From a virus (lineage: Duplodnaviria > Caudoviricetes): a stretch of DNA of 64,000 bases. The stretch covers positions 65,561-129,560 of the IMG/VR virus record IMGVR_UViG_3300013947_000024. One strand, given 5' to 3'. The notes beneath the pieces were generated by a model. It was given only the letters and a program-made list of their open reading frames with translations, was not told where the DNA came from and ran no database searches. Shown one piece after another: positions 9,579 to 18,641 of this stretch. The translations under genes were made by a program, and so were the position numbers. Within the stretch, counting starts at the first letter, position 1. Every line of letters begins with the position of its first letter.

Positions 9579-10505
9579 ATGCTGTTTCGTGTATTAAAAG
9601 AAAACATCGGTTATTCCGACATCCCAGACCTTCAAGCAAGAGTCGAAATCGCAACCAAGGATTTGACGAGCGAACAAGAGCAGTATCAAGCCATTAAAGA
9701 TGTACTTGACGAAGACACTACTCTTATTCCTGCTAATGTGAGTGGTTCGCAAAGAGATACGCTTACTACCATTTGGGCGGACACATTACTCTATGACGGA
9801 TTTGACGGAGAGTTTACAAATCTTCTGATTTCCATGGTGGGACAGGACGAAATTCTCTCTAATTACGGCGATAAAATCATGCAATTATGGCTTTTGTATG
9901 ATGAAGGACGACTAAATCTATCAGATGGAATTATTCCACCAGAAGATTTTTATAGTCACCCTGCTCTTTACAAAGATACCTCTAATGACGACTTTGAATA
10001 TCTCGTCAATGCAGAGATGATTGTCAACCACAACGATAAGGTTAGACAGTACATAAAAGCAACCCCGTCGCAGGACGATGTTCGAAAAGTGTTCTTTAAG
10101 GGCTTTAGAGGCTCGCAGGGGCTTAATACAGCCGAAGAGGTATATCAGAACATAGAAGCGCTTTCCGCTAAATATGGAGAGTCTGAGAGCCTTATGAGCA
10201 TATCTGATGCGGTGAGCAAAGAGTCTGGAGCTGATTTTGATAAGATGGATGATTCATCTATTGCTTCGACGCTTAAGGAATATGTGGATAGATACATTAG
10301 GCAGATTGATAAGACTTCATTTAAGTCTCAAGGCGGATATTCAGTAAACGCTTATCAAGATGCGATTGAAGAGTTGTCTCACAATGGTAGAGATCTAAAA
10401 TCGCTAATCGACGCAAAGATTGTAAGAGAGGCTACAAGCAAAGAAATTGCTCTCGCGATTATGGATTGGCTTGAGAAGAATCGTGTGCTCGAGAGGATCA
10501 GATAA
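9579..10505 (+). CDS. Hypothetical virion-associated protein
   Basis: 308-aa ORF in the late operon with N-terminal MLFRVLKE. Confidence 0.5.
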   Translation: MLFRVLKENIGYSDIPDLQARVEIATKDLTSEQEQYQAIKDVLDEDTTLIPANVSGSQRDTLTTIWADTLLYDGFDGEFTNLLISMVGQDEILSNYGDKIMQLWLLYDEGRLNLSDGIIPPEDFYSHPALYKDTSNDDFEYLVNAEMIVNHNDKVRQYIKATPSQDDVRKVFFKGFRGSQGLNTAEEVYQNIEALSAKYGESESLMSISDAVSKESGADFDKMDDSSIASTLKEYVDRYIRQIDKTSFKSQGGYSVNAYQDAIEELSHNGRDLKSLIDAKIVREATSKEIALAIMDWLEKNRVLERIR

Positions 10506-11092
10506 TGGGTGCATTTTTATACGATGAAGCCTTAACAGCAAAGATTAAAAGATGGTCTGAAAGAACAGAGCTTAGTATTGTAGGACCTGATGAAACAGAA
10601 CATCTTTTTGAAATGATAGCCGACCAAAACAACGACAAGCCAATCGCGCTTCCTCTTATCAGTATTGTCAGACCGAATGGATATACAGTAAACCAGCTTG
10701 GGAAAAGATGGTCGTCATTCAGTGGTCTTAACATAGAGTCAACCGAAGATAAATCTTATGTGTTGAACCAAATTCCAATTACAATAGAATACAGGATTGA
10801 CATATACACCCGATATCAAAAAGAAGCGGATGTATATGCGAGGAATCTTGTATTTAATATTATAAACTTCCCTAAACTCACAGTTGAAGTTCCTTATGAG
10901 GGGACACATTTCAGGCATGATTCCAACATAAGATTGACTGGCGGAGTAGAAAACACATCGGATCTTTCACAACGAATCGTCGCAGGACAATTCACGAGAT
11001 ATAGTATTGGAATTGATATTGACGACGCTTTCTTGTGGGATATACGAGCAAAAGACAATTTGTCTATTGTGCCTGAAGTTGAATTAAAATAA
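10505..11092 (+). CDS. Tail terminator/sheath stabiliser (gp15-like)
   Basis: LPLISIVR and PITIEYRIDIYTR motifs; immediately upstream of the sheath gene. Confidence 0.75.
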   Translation: MGAFLYDEALTAKIKRWSERTELSIVGPDETEHLFEMIADQNNDKPIALPLISIVRPNGYTVNQLGKRWSSFSGLNIESTEDKSYVLNQIPITIEYRIDIYTRYQKEADVYARNLVFNIINFPKLTVEVPYEGTHFRHDSNIRLTGGVENTSDLSQRIVAGQFTRYSIGIDIDDAFLWDIRAKDNLSIVPEVELK

Positions 11093-11112
11093 ATGAAGGA
11101 GATTTATAAAAG

Positions 11113-12684
11113 ATGCCTAAAATCGTAATTAACGAAAAAGACCAGACATCTCCTACCGCAGAACAACTGAGTGAAGATATTGTTTTTATCCCTGGTTTTG
11201 CAAATGTGAACGGGAATGTGTATATTAGTACGACAAGGGGAGAAACTCCAAAAGACGGCGTAGAGGGTACCGGAACAAAGGGTACTATCTATAAAGCTGG
11301 CGATACTGTTGACACCGCCAATGACGATCCGAGTATCTTCTCTAACACCGTTGATCTTAAGTCTTGGCAGTGCAAGCAGGTACCAGACGCTAAAGCCGAT
11401 CCTCAGGTCACAACTTATGTATGGACTGCGCTGGACACCTATGTGGCTCCGCACCCCGAGAATGAGATCGTTGTGTGTTACACCACCGAAGAGTTTCAGC
11501 AGAACTTTGGCACGGAGCCAGCTAAGTTCTCTGCCCCACAGGATCTTACTAATAACTGCTCTGATACGGCAAAATCGTATGCGTTTGAGAATGTTGAGGC
11601 GTTTCGCGCCAAAGATGATATTGACCTCTCTTATACAATGGCTATGGAGTGTCTGACTCTTGGTCTTCCTGTTGCGTATGTGAACATTACGAAGAGAGAA
11701 GCTGGTGCCCCGTATGTAGAGAAAAAGATTTCAGATCTTTATGATACACTGCCGACTGTTCTTGCAGACCTTGCTGACCCTGATTATGTCTATACAAGAT
11801 ACATCACAAGTGGCGCATATCCTTCTTTTGAAATGCAGACCACGAATGGCGCTCGTCTTGATAAGGCGATGATTGCTACGGCGAAAGCAAGACAGGACGC
11901 TTATGCGATTATCGACCATGGGGATAATTCCGCAAGACCTCTGTCTGGTACAAATTCTGTTATTTCGCAAGTTAGAGCTGATTTCGCACAGACAGACAAA
12001 GACGACAATAGTAACTCTTATGGCGCGATGTTTACGCCGTGGGGCACTTATAACATCACCAACCTGAATGAAAACATCGGTGGTGGTACACAGTCGATGC
12101 CCGCTTCCTTTGCGTATCTCTGTTGCCTTGGCAAAGCTCTGTCGGCTGGTAATCCTGCTTATCTTGCAATTGCTAACATTGGCAGAGGAAAGCCTCCGTT
12201 CCTGACTCATCTGAATACTACACAGAGACTTTCGAGCACGATCGCAAACACGGCAATGCAGAGCGATACGGCTATCTCCATTAACCCTATTACGAATATC
12301 AATCCTTACGGACTTGTGATCTACGGAAACAATACGCTGAAAGATAATGCTTTTTCAAAGGGCAAACAGGCGTCTTCAGACCTTAACATCAGAAACCTTG
12401 TGAGCCGTGTTACAAAACTTCTTCGTGATGCCGCCCAACAGATTATCTTTGAGCCGAACACGGACGCTCTGTGGGTAACATTCAAGGGCAGAATTATGCC
12501 GTCTCTTGATACCATGGTAACGAATCAGGGTCTTAAGAGATATAACATCGTTAGAGTCGATTCGAGCAATCCCAGAGAGGTTAAGGCAAAGGTTTATCTC
12601 TTCCCTGTTTATGCAGTTGAAAAGGTAACGATTGACCTTATTCTTTCTGACGCTGGTATTACTGTAGAAGGAGGAAATGAGTAA
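11113..12684 (+). CDS. Contractile tail sheath protein (gp18-like)
   Basis: MPKIVINEKD start, YGAMFTPW, INPI...GLVIYGNNTL, LNIRNL, FEPN...W sheath C-terminal motifs. Confidence 0.92.
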   Translation: MPKIVINEKDQTSPTAEQLSEDIVFIPGFANVNGNVYISTTRGETPKDGVEGTGTKGTIYKAGDTVDTANDDPSIFSNTVDLKSWQCKQVPDAKADPQVTTYVWTALDTYVAPHPENEIVVCYTTEEFQQNFGTEPAKFSAPQDLTNNCSDTAKSYAFENVEAFRAKDDIDLSYTMAMECLTLGLPVAYVNITKREAGAPYVEKKISDLYDTLPTVLADLADPDYVYTRYITSGAYPSFEMQTTNGARLDKAMIATAKARQDAYAIIDHGDNSARPLSGTNSVISQVRADFAQTDKDDNSNSYGAMFTPWGTYNITNLNENIGGGTQSMPASFAYLCCLGKALSAGNPAYLAIANIGRGKPPFLTHLNTTQRLSSTIANTAMQSDTAISINPITNINPYGLVIYGNNTLKDNAFSKGKQASSDLNIRNLVSRVTKLLRDAAQQIIFEPNTDALWVTFKGRIMPSLDTMVTNQGLKRYNIVRVDSSNPREVKAKVYLFPVYAVEKVTIDLILSDAGITVEGGNE

Positions 12685-13307
12685 TGATCAAAATCAAAGG
12701 CGTTAATAAAGAGAGCACTGTTTCCACTCCTTCTCTTGAAGCGCATAGCGCATATGCTCTCGCGGATAACCCCGAGCTTTGGGAACCGCAGAGACAGAAC
12801 AACTTCGAGTTTGTCGTTTCTGACCTTGACAACCTTGTAAGACCTGGCGTAGACCCCGAGTCCGATAACGCGAGCTTCGGTAACGCGCAGAAACTTCTCC
12901 GTCTCTCGGTTATGAGTTCGTCTGTCCCTCACTATACGAGCAATGTTATCACTCTTAACAGAGGTAACACCTCGATGAAGGTTGCTGGCAGAATGGAATT
13001 CCCCGAAGGTCAGCTTGTTATTCGTGATGCTATCGGAGCAGACACGAAGTCCATTCTCATGGCGTGGCAGATGAAGGCTGGCGACCCGCAGACTGGCAAG
13101 GTCGGTCTTATGAGCGACTACTACAAGGACGCGTGGCTTATCGAATATACTCCTGATTATCAGGTGGTTCGTCAGTGGAGACTTAAGGGGTGCTGGATTA
13201 GCGGTCTGACCGAAGACGCCTACAACATGGATAACGACGGTGAGAAGACAGTGACTGCTACGATTCAGTACAACATGGGCTATATCGACAATAGCGACAT
13301 TCTGTAA
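12684..13307 (+). CDS. Tail tube protein (gp19-like)
   Basis: EPQRQNNFE, YYKDAWL.EY.PD..VVRQW.L.GCW motifs; follows the sheath gene. Confidence 0.9.
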   Translation: MIKIKGVNKESTVSTPSLEAHSAYALADNPELWEPQRQNNFEFVVSDLDNLVRPGVDPESDNASFGNAQKLLRLSVMSSSVPHYTSNVITLNRGNTSMKVAGRMEFPEGQLVIRDAIGADTKSILMAWQMKAGDPQTGKVGLMSDYYKDAWLIEYTPDYQVVRQWRLKGCWISGLTEDAYNMDNDGEKTVTATIQYNMGYIDNSDIL

Positions 13308-13318
13308 TGAAATGCTTG

Positions 13319-13390
13319 TACCGTTGGCGCGACGGAAACATAAAGCCTGTGAGGAGCAGGAATCCGAAAGGAAGCGCACAAATACAACGC
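13319..13390 (+). ncRNA. Stand-alone miniature TnpB omegaRNA-like RNA (scaffold 13319-13379, putative guide from 13380)
   Basis: ccgtt-GGCGC-gacgg ... gcctgt ... agcaggaa ... a-GCGC-ac aligns element by element with the 3' omegaRNA/RE regions of the three IS605 elements in this window. No tnpB is adjacent. Confidence 0.7.
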
Positions 13391-13425
13391 ACGGCGGAGC
13401 GGACATGGTTCTGCTTCGCCGTTTT
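13391..13425 (+). terminator. Intrinsic terminator
   Basis: acggcggagcgga/tctgcttcgccgt 13-bp stem followed by a T-tract. Confidence 0.75.
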
Positions 13426-13445
13426 CTGTTAGAGAGGGGAAGATA

Positions 13446-14921
13446 ATGGCAAAGAGACTTAATCCTAACTTATGGGAAGATTCAAGATTAAAGCCAGAAG
13501 TATTAGAAGGCGTTAAGAACATATATGAATTCTTCATCCACCACTTTATAGACGAGTCAATCCCTCTTGACCCAGTAGATGTGAGAATCGTCGGCTCTAA
13601 TGCCGCGTATAATTATACAGACAAGTCTGATGTGGATATTCACATTGTAGACGGAAATACAAACAAAAAAGATATTACCCGATATGCTCAGTGGAAAGCT
13701 ACGAGAGATTTTAACGATAAATATGAAATCACTCTTAAAGGCGTCCCTGTTGAGCTTTATATCGAAGACATAGATAAGCCCGCTGTGTCAAACGGTGTTT
13801 ATTCTGTTACGGATGAAAGATGGCTACGCTATCCTCTTCCAGAACGCTCGTCAGAGGCGTCAGAATTGCCTACAATCGACGAAAGCAATGAATGGGTACA
13901 ACTAATCACAAAAGCAGAGAAAAACGCGTCAGCTAAAGAAATTCAGGCGCTTATCGACAAACTCTATGCCATGCGCAAGGAATCCATTGCAGATGATGGT
14001 GAAAAGGGTAAGGGGAACCTTATGTTTAAGGCTCTCCGTAACGCTGGCTATATTGACAGAATCAAGAAGGCATTGGATAAAGCTGTATCAAAGGAATTAT
14101 CCGTAGAGAGCCTTCATGAGTGCTTGCTTGAAAGAACACGCTCTGACCTTATTCGCCAGTCAAAAGATAGCGCTAAGGGAAGACAAAGATACGATAGAAG
14201 AACAAAATCAAGTGTAGCAAGAACGGTTCAACAGTATAACGAGATAGACATGAATAAGCTCTTCAAAGAGGATATTCTCACCGTTGACCTTCCTGTAAGA
14301 GGAGAAACAGATAATTATACTGTTAAAGTCAGCTTTGGTGGATTTCTTGATTCCCTACATGATGAAATGAAGAGGAATAACGGTGAGTTTGATTTCCGAG
14401 CCGTAACGAGAGCACTTCTTACTTGCTTTGATAGAGATGACACATTTGTAGGGTGTAGTTGCGCCGACTTCCGCTATCGCTTCGCATATGTAGCAACAAA
14501 ACGAGACTATATGTCAATGCTCCCCCAAATGATTCCCGCAAATATAACGAATCCAAAAGACTCATTGGGAAGTGCTTGTAAGCATGTTCTTCTTGTACTG
14601 GCTAATCATTCATGGCTATTAAAGGTAGCGAGCGTAATAAAGAACTATGTCACCTATATGGAAAGACATTATCAGAAAATGTACGCAGATATTATTTATC
14701 CCGCCATCTACGAGAAACCGTATGAAGGTGGGGTACAAATCACTATTGATGACGAGCAAAATGTTCCCCAAAAGGACACCATTACGCAAGCTAATATTGC
14801 CGCTCAGCAAGGAAGTAGATTCCAAAAGGGCAATGTGCAGGGCGTAAGGTTTGCTCCTAAATCAAAGCCTGATGAGCAGATAAGCATTGAAGACGAAGAA
14901 GAAGTAACTGAAGAAAATTAA
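13446..14921 (+). CDS. Pol-beta-family nucleotidyltransferase fused to a SWIM Zn-finger domain
   Basis: GSNAAYNYTDKSDVDIH (GS..DxD) motif; C-terminal CSCADF...ACKH SWIM motif. Confidence 0.8.
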   Translation: MAKRLNPNLWEDSRLKPEVLEGVKNIYEFFIHHFIDESIPLDPVDVRIVGSNAAYNYTDKSDVDIHIVDGNTNKKDITRYAQWKATRDFNDKYEITLKGVPVELYIEDIDKPAVSNGVYSVTDERWLRYPLPERSSEASELPTIDESNEWVQLITKAEKNASAKEIQALIDKLYAMRKESIADDGEKGKGNLMFKALRNAGYIDRIKKALDKAVSKELSVESLHECLLERTRSDLIRQSKDSAKGRQRYDRRTKSSVARTVQQYNEIDMNKLFKEDILTVDLPVRGETDNYTVKVSFGGFLDSLHDEMKRNNGEFDFRAVTRALLTCFDRDDTFVGCSCADFRYRFAYVATKRDYMSMLPQMIPANITNPKDSLGSACKHVLLVLANHSWLLKVASVIKNYVTYMERHYQKMYADIIYPAIYEKPYEGGVQITIDDEQNVPQKDTITQANIAAQQGSRFQKGNVQGVRFAPKSKPDEQISIEDEEEVTEEN

Positions 14922-14956
14922 CAAAAAATTAACATGAGAAAACTTCTTGCTTGTAG

Positions 14957-15320
14957 AAAACGAATCATATAACGTAGTGGAACGGAGATTGGCTGACGGA
15001 AGGAAGCCAATCGACGTTATGTATTATTACTAAGAGATAACGTAATACTATAGACGGTAGGTAAGTATTAAGTATTACGTAATAACTTAGTTATAACGTA
15101 ATACTACAGACATAACGTTAAGTAGAGAATACTACGTTATTTTGAGGTAAATATTCTATTATTCCCCTATGGGGAAATAAAGTATTTACCTCCATTACGT
15201 AATACTATAGACATAACGTATGGTTCACGAGATAACGTAAGATCTTAGTTAATACGTATTATTACAGTATAAACGTATTATAGAGAGTATTACGTAAGAT
15301 ATAAGTATATGATTCGTTTT
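14957..15320. repeat. AT-rich iterated array (candidate replication origin or protein-binding array)
   Basis: ACGT cores at 19-bp period, central inverted repeat 15144-15192, and 15-bp terminal inverted repeats (14957-14971 / 15306-15320). Confidence 0.8.
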
Positions 15321-15351
15321 TCGAAAATTCAAGTAAGGAGATAAAAATTTA

Positions 15352-16107
15352 ATGGAACTTTCCTCTATTGCAAGTCAATATACACTTCCGTCCCTTGGGA
15401 AGATTTACGGAAGAGAGTTTGACCCCGTTGTCACATTACGGTCTATGACTACTGCTGACGAGATGAGAAGACTTAACCCTACGGATAGACCTTGTAAGGC
15501 TATGTCAGAGATTATTGACGCTTGTATTGAACAGAGTCTTCCTATTTCGTCTTATGATATGTGCCTTGGAGATTATCAATATCTTCTTCATAGACTTCGT
15601 GTTGTTACCTACGGAGCAAAATATCCTGTTGTTACGGTTTGCCCTTATTGTGGCGTATCTTCTAAGCAGGACTTAAATCTTGAAGACCTTCCTGTGTTAC
15701 AGTATACGGATAATGTTCTTAATCTTATGGAATTTGATCTTCCTAAGACTGGAAAGCATATTAAGTTAAGATTTCAGACTCCTCGTATGCTTGATGAGGT
15801 AGCTCTTCGGGCGAAAGAACTCCGTAAAAAGCAGGGTGACGCATTTGTAGACCCGACTCTCTCTCTTACTGTGGAAAGCATGATTGATACGGTTGATGGG
15901 CATAAGCCCGACCTTATTAAACTTTCACAATGGGTTTCTTCTCTCCCAATGATGGACACGAATATCATTCTTCAGAGAGCGGAGAAACTTAATAGCAGTA
16001 TCGGCGTATCAAGAGAGCTTGACATTGAATGTGATGCTTGCGGACTTGACTACAAGACGCAGATGCCGATGAACGCAGAATTTTTTCGACCCAGCGCAGA
16101 CCTCTGA
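15352..16107 (+). CDS. Baseplate hub/tail assembly chaperone (gp26/gp51-like)
   Basis: LPSLG..Y, LRSMT.DE, GD..YLL..LR...YG..Y, CPYC and CDAC motifs, FFRP end; directly before the tape measure gene. Confidence 0.8.
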   Translation: MELSSIASQYTLPSLGKIYGREFDPVVTLRSMTTADEMRRLNPTDRPCKAMSEIIDACIEQSLPISSYDMCLGDYQYLLHRLRVVTYGAKYPVVTVCPYCGVSSKQDLNLEDLPVLQYTDNVLNLMEFDLPKTGKHIKLRFQTPRMLDEVALRAKELRKKQGDAFVDPTLSLTVESMIDTVDGHKPDLIKLSQWVSSLPMMDTNIILQRAEKLNSSIGVSRELDIECDACGLDYKTQMPMNAEFFRPSADL

Positions 16108-16309
16108 TGGAAAGCCGTATAGAGATACTGCGCTAAAGATAATCGTACAAAAGAAATATATCATTGCCAAGAAGCTGAATACTCCGTACACGGAAACAGA
16201 AAAGATTCCGCCTATGGAGCGAGAAATCTTGCTTTCTATGATTCAGGAAGAAGTCAGAAAGCAAGAAGAAGATATAAAAGCGGCTAAGGCGGCTATGAAG
16301 AAACACTAA
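16081..16309 (+). CDS. Frameshift-accessed C-terminal extension of the tail chaperone (gpGT-like)
   Basis: The +1 frame is open from TTT TTT CGA to TAA 16309 (DPAQTSDGKPY...YTETEKIPPMEREILLSMIQEE). It has an in-frame stop just upstream and no 5' ATG. Confidence 0.7.
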
Positions 16310-16324
16310 TGCGGAGGTATACAC

Positions 16325-18628
16325 ATGGCGTCCAAATTAAACGATGCTATCTCGTCAAATGCTGGTTTTTCACAGCGAGACTATGATAGTAGCCTTAAGC
16401 TATATTCGCAGTATATCGACGGCGTGTTAAAGCTCGAGCTTGCTTCCGCGAATCAGGTTGATAAAGTAAAGAGACAGCTTTACGGAAGTAGAACAAAGTA
16501 TAATAAACAAGAAGAAGCGCGTGCTGAAAAAATTGCCATTCAATATCAAGAACAGAGATATAAACATATGTCTCTGCTTGAAAAAAAGGCGTTTGATGAA
16601 AAGAAGAAGAATGACATCGCTTCTTACAGGGAGCAATTAAAGGATCAGCAAGCTCTTCAAGAGGCTCGTATTAAGAGTGCGCACATGTCTGCTGACGCGG
16701 AGAAAAAGGCACTCGCGAAGGTTCAGGCGTCTTACGCAAAGAAACAAGCAGAAATCAATCAAGAGGAGCTTGATAACAAAAAGAAGCTCGAGAGATATGA
16801 TAAAGTTGCATATCAGAGACTTTCGCAAGAGGATAAGTTAAAAGCAAAGGCACAGAAAAAAGAAGAGGCTTACGAAGAGAAAAAGAAAAAGACAGATGAG
16901 GCGAGACTTAAACTCCTTGAATTACAAGAGCGGAAGGCAAAGGATGCGGCTTCTGTAAGCGATGAGGATATGGCAAAAGCGCAAGCTGAGGCTGACACTG
17001 CGGAGGCAGAAGAAGACCGTGCTGGAAAACAGGCGCAGAACGCACAGCTCGTGTCGAACATGTATATGTCAGCCGCTAAGGCTATGTTCAATGTTGCCAA
17101 TAAAATGAACAACGAGGTCGAGTCCGCGATTGATTTCATTAAAGAGAACCAATCTGCAATCTCTACTCGTCTTCTTGGCACAGGAAAGACATATGAAGGC
17201 ATTACGGGACTGATTAAATCAAACCTTGCTGTAAGCCCCTATGTTACGCAGAGAGCCACTCTTGAAAATCTTGCAAAACTGGTAGACTCTGGTATTTCTT
17301 ATAATATCGAGCAGAGAGCGTTTCTTGCTACGATTTCAGATAAAATTGCTACAACATTTGACGCGTTCGATTCTAACCTGACGCGTCTGATTCGTTTGCA
17401 ACAGGCGGATATTACAGCGTCGAGACTTGGGATTGAGGCGTCGTTGAATAGCGCACTTAACTCCATGTTCTCTGACACAAGCTATCTCAAAGATATGTAT
17501 GATACCGTTGCTGGAGCACTTGTAGACGCGGAATCACAAATGACGAGAGAACAGGCAACAGAGTTTGAATACACAGTTCAGAAATATCTCGGTGCTCTGT
17601 ATTCACTTGGTCTTTCACAATCTGCGGTGAGTCAAATTGCTACGGGGCTTGGCTATCTTGGCACTGGTAATATTGAGGCGTTGTCTGGCAACTCGCAACT
17701 TATGAGCTTGCTTGGCATGGCGGCTTCAAGAGGTGGAGTTGATTTAGGCTCACTTCTTACGGGTGGCGTTACGGGGCAAAACGCAAACGACCTCTTGAAG
17801 GGTATGATTGAATACCTTCGAGAAATTGCCACATCTACCGATAACATGGCAACAAAGTCTGCGTATGGTTCCGTGTTCGGTCTTGGAATGTCTGATTTGC
17901 GAGCACTTGCTAACTTGACAGCGACAGACATTACAAATCTGTATAAGCAGGAAATGACATACAGTAAGTCTCTTGATACCGTTCAAACACTGCTGAATAC
18001 GGTTGGCGGAAGAATTAGTACGACAGAACTTGTAAGCAATGTGTTCTCTAATGCTATGTTCTCTTCAGGAGAGGCTCTTGCACAAAGCCCTCTCGGATAT
18101 ATTCCTTGGCTTGTTACATCAACAATTAAGGACTTAACTGGCGGCACAGAAATCCCCATGGTTATGGGGTCGGGCGCTAACACATCAATTGAAAGCCTTA
18201 TGCAGACCGCTTTGGTTGGTGCTGGCTTGCTTGGTTCTATTGGAAGCATTATGTCGAGCATTGGATCTGGTGGTGGTATTGACCTTGGCAAATGGGGCGG
18301 CACTGAATGGACTGTCAGAGGCACGGACTGGAAGGGGATTACGGGAGGAGTTAGAACTGGCGTTTCTCTCGGTGCTTATGTTGGTGGTTCTGGTGAAGAC
18401 ATCAAGTCAGATGTTTTGCAGAGATCGCAAGAAGAGATTAAACAACAAACTGGCGATACAGAAACCATTGATACAGAAGCTCTGTACGCCGCTTTGTTTG
18501 GAGGAGAAAAGGGAGAAAGAAAGCCTATCCTTGTTGAAATCAATAGCGTTACGAGCGGAGTGAAAATTCCTGTCAATGTAGAAGATACAGAGACTAATCC
18601 TATCAATGTAACACCCACAATGCGATAA
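16325..18628 (+). CDS. Tape measure protein
   Basis: 767 aa, Ala/Lys/Glu coiled-coil N-half and Gly/Ser/Ala-rich C-half; follows the chaperone gene. Confidence 0.75.
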   Translation: MASKLNDAISSNAGFSQRDYDSSLKLYSQYIDGVLKLELASANQVDKVKRQLYGSRTKYNKQEEARAEKIAIQYQEQRYKHMSLLEKKAFDEKKKNDIASYREQLKDQQALQEARIKSAHMSADAEKKALAKVQASYAKKQAEINQEELDNKKKLERYDKVAYQRLSQEDKLKAKAQKKEEAYEEKKKKTDEARLKLLELQERKAKDAASVSDEDMAKAQAEADTAEAEEDRAGKQAQNAQLVSNMYMSAAKAMFNVANKMNNEVESAIDFIKENQSAISTRLLGTGKTYEGITGLIKSNLAVSPYVTQRATLENLAKLVDSGISYNIEQRAFLATISDKIATTFDAFDSNLTRLIRLQQADITASRLGIEASLNSALNSMFSDTSYLKDMYDTVAGALVDAESQMTREQATEFEYTVQKYLGALYSLGLSQSAVSQIATGLGYLGTGNIEALSGNSQLMSLLGMAASRGGVDLGSLLTGGVTGQNANDLLKGMIEYLREIATSTDNMATKSAYGSVFGLGMSDLRALANLTATDITNLYKQEMTYSKSLDTVQTLLNTVGGRISTTELVSNVFSNAMFSSGEALAQSPLGYIPWLVTSTIKDLTGGTEIPMVMGSGANTSIESLMQTALVGAGLLGSIGSIMSSIGSGGGIDLGKWGGTEWTVRGTDWKGITGGVRTGVSLGAYVGGSGEDIKSDVLQRSQEEIKQQTGDTETIDTEALYAALFGGEKGERKPILVEINSVTSGVKIPVNVEDTETNPINVTPTMR

Positions 18629-18641
18629 CGGAGGCGTTTGA

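Noticed and set aside
14957-15320. Possible CRISPR array
   Set aside because: The period is 19 bp with short degenerate cores and no unique 30-40-nt spacers; no cas genes in the window.
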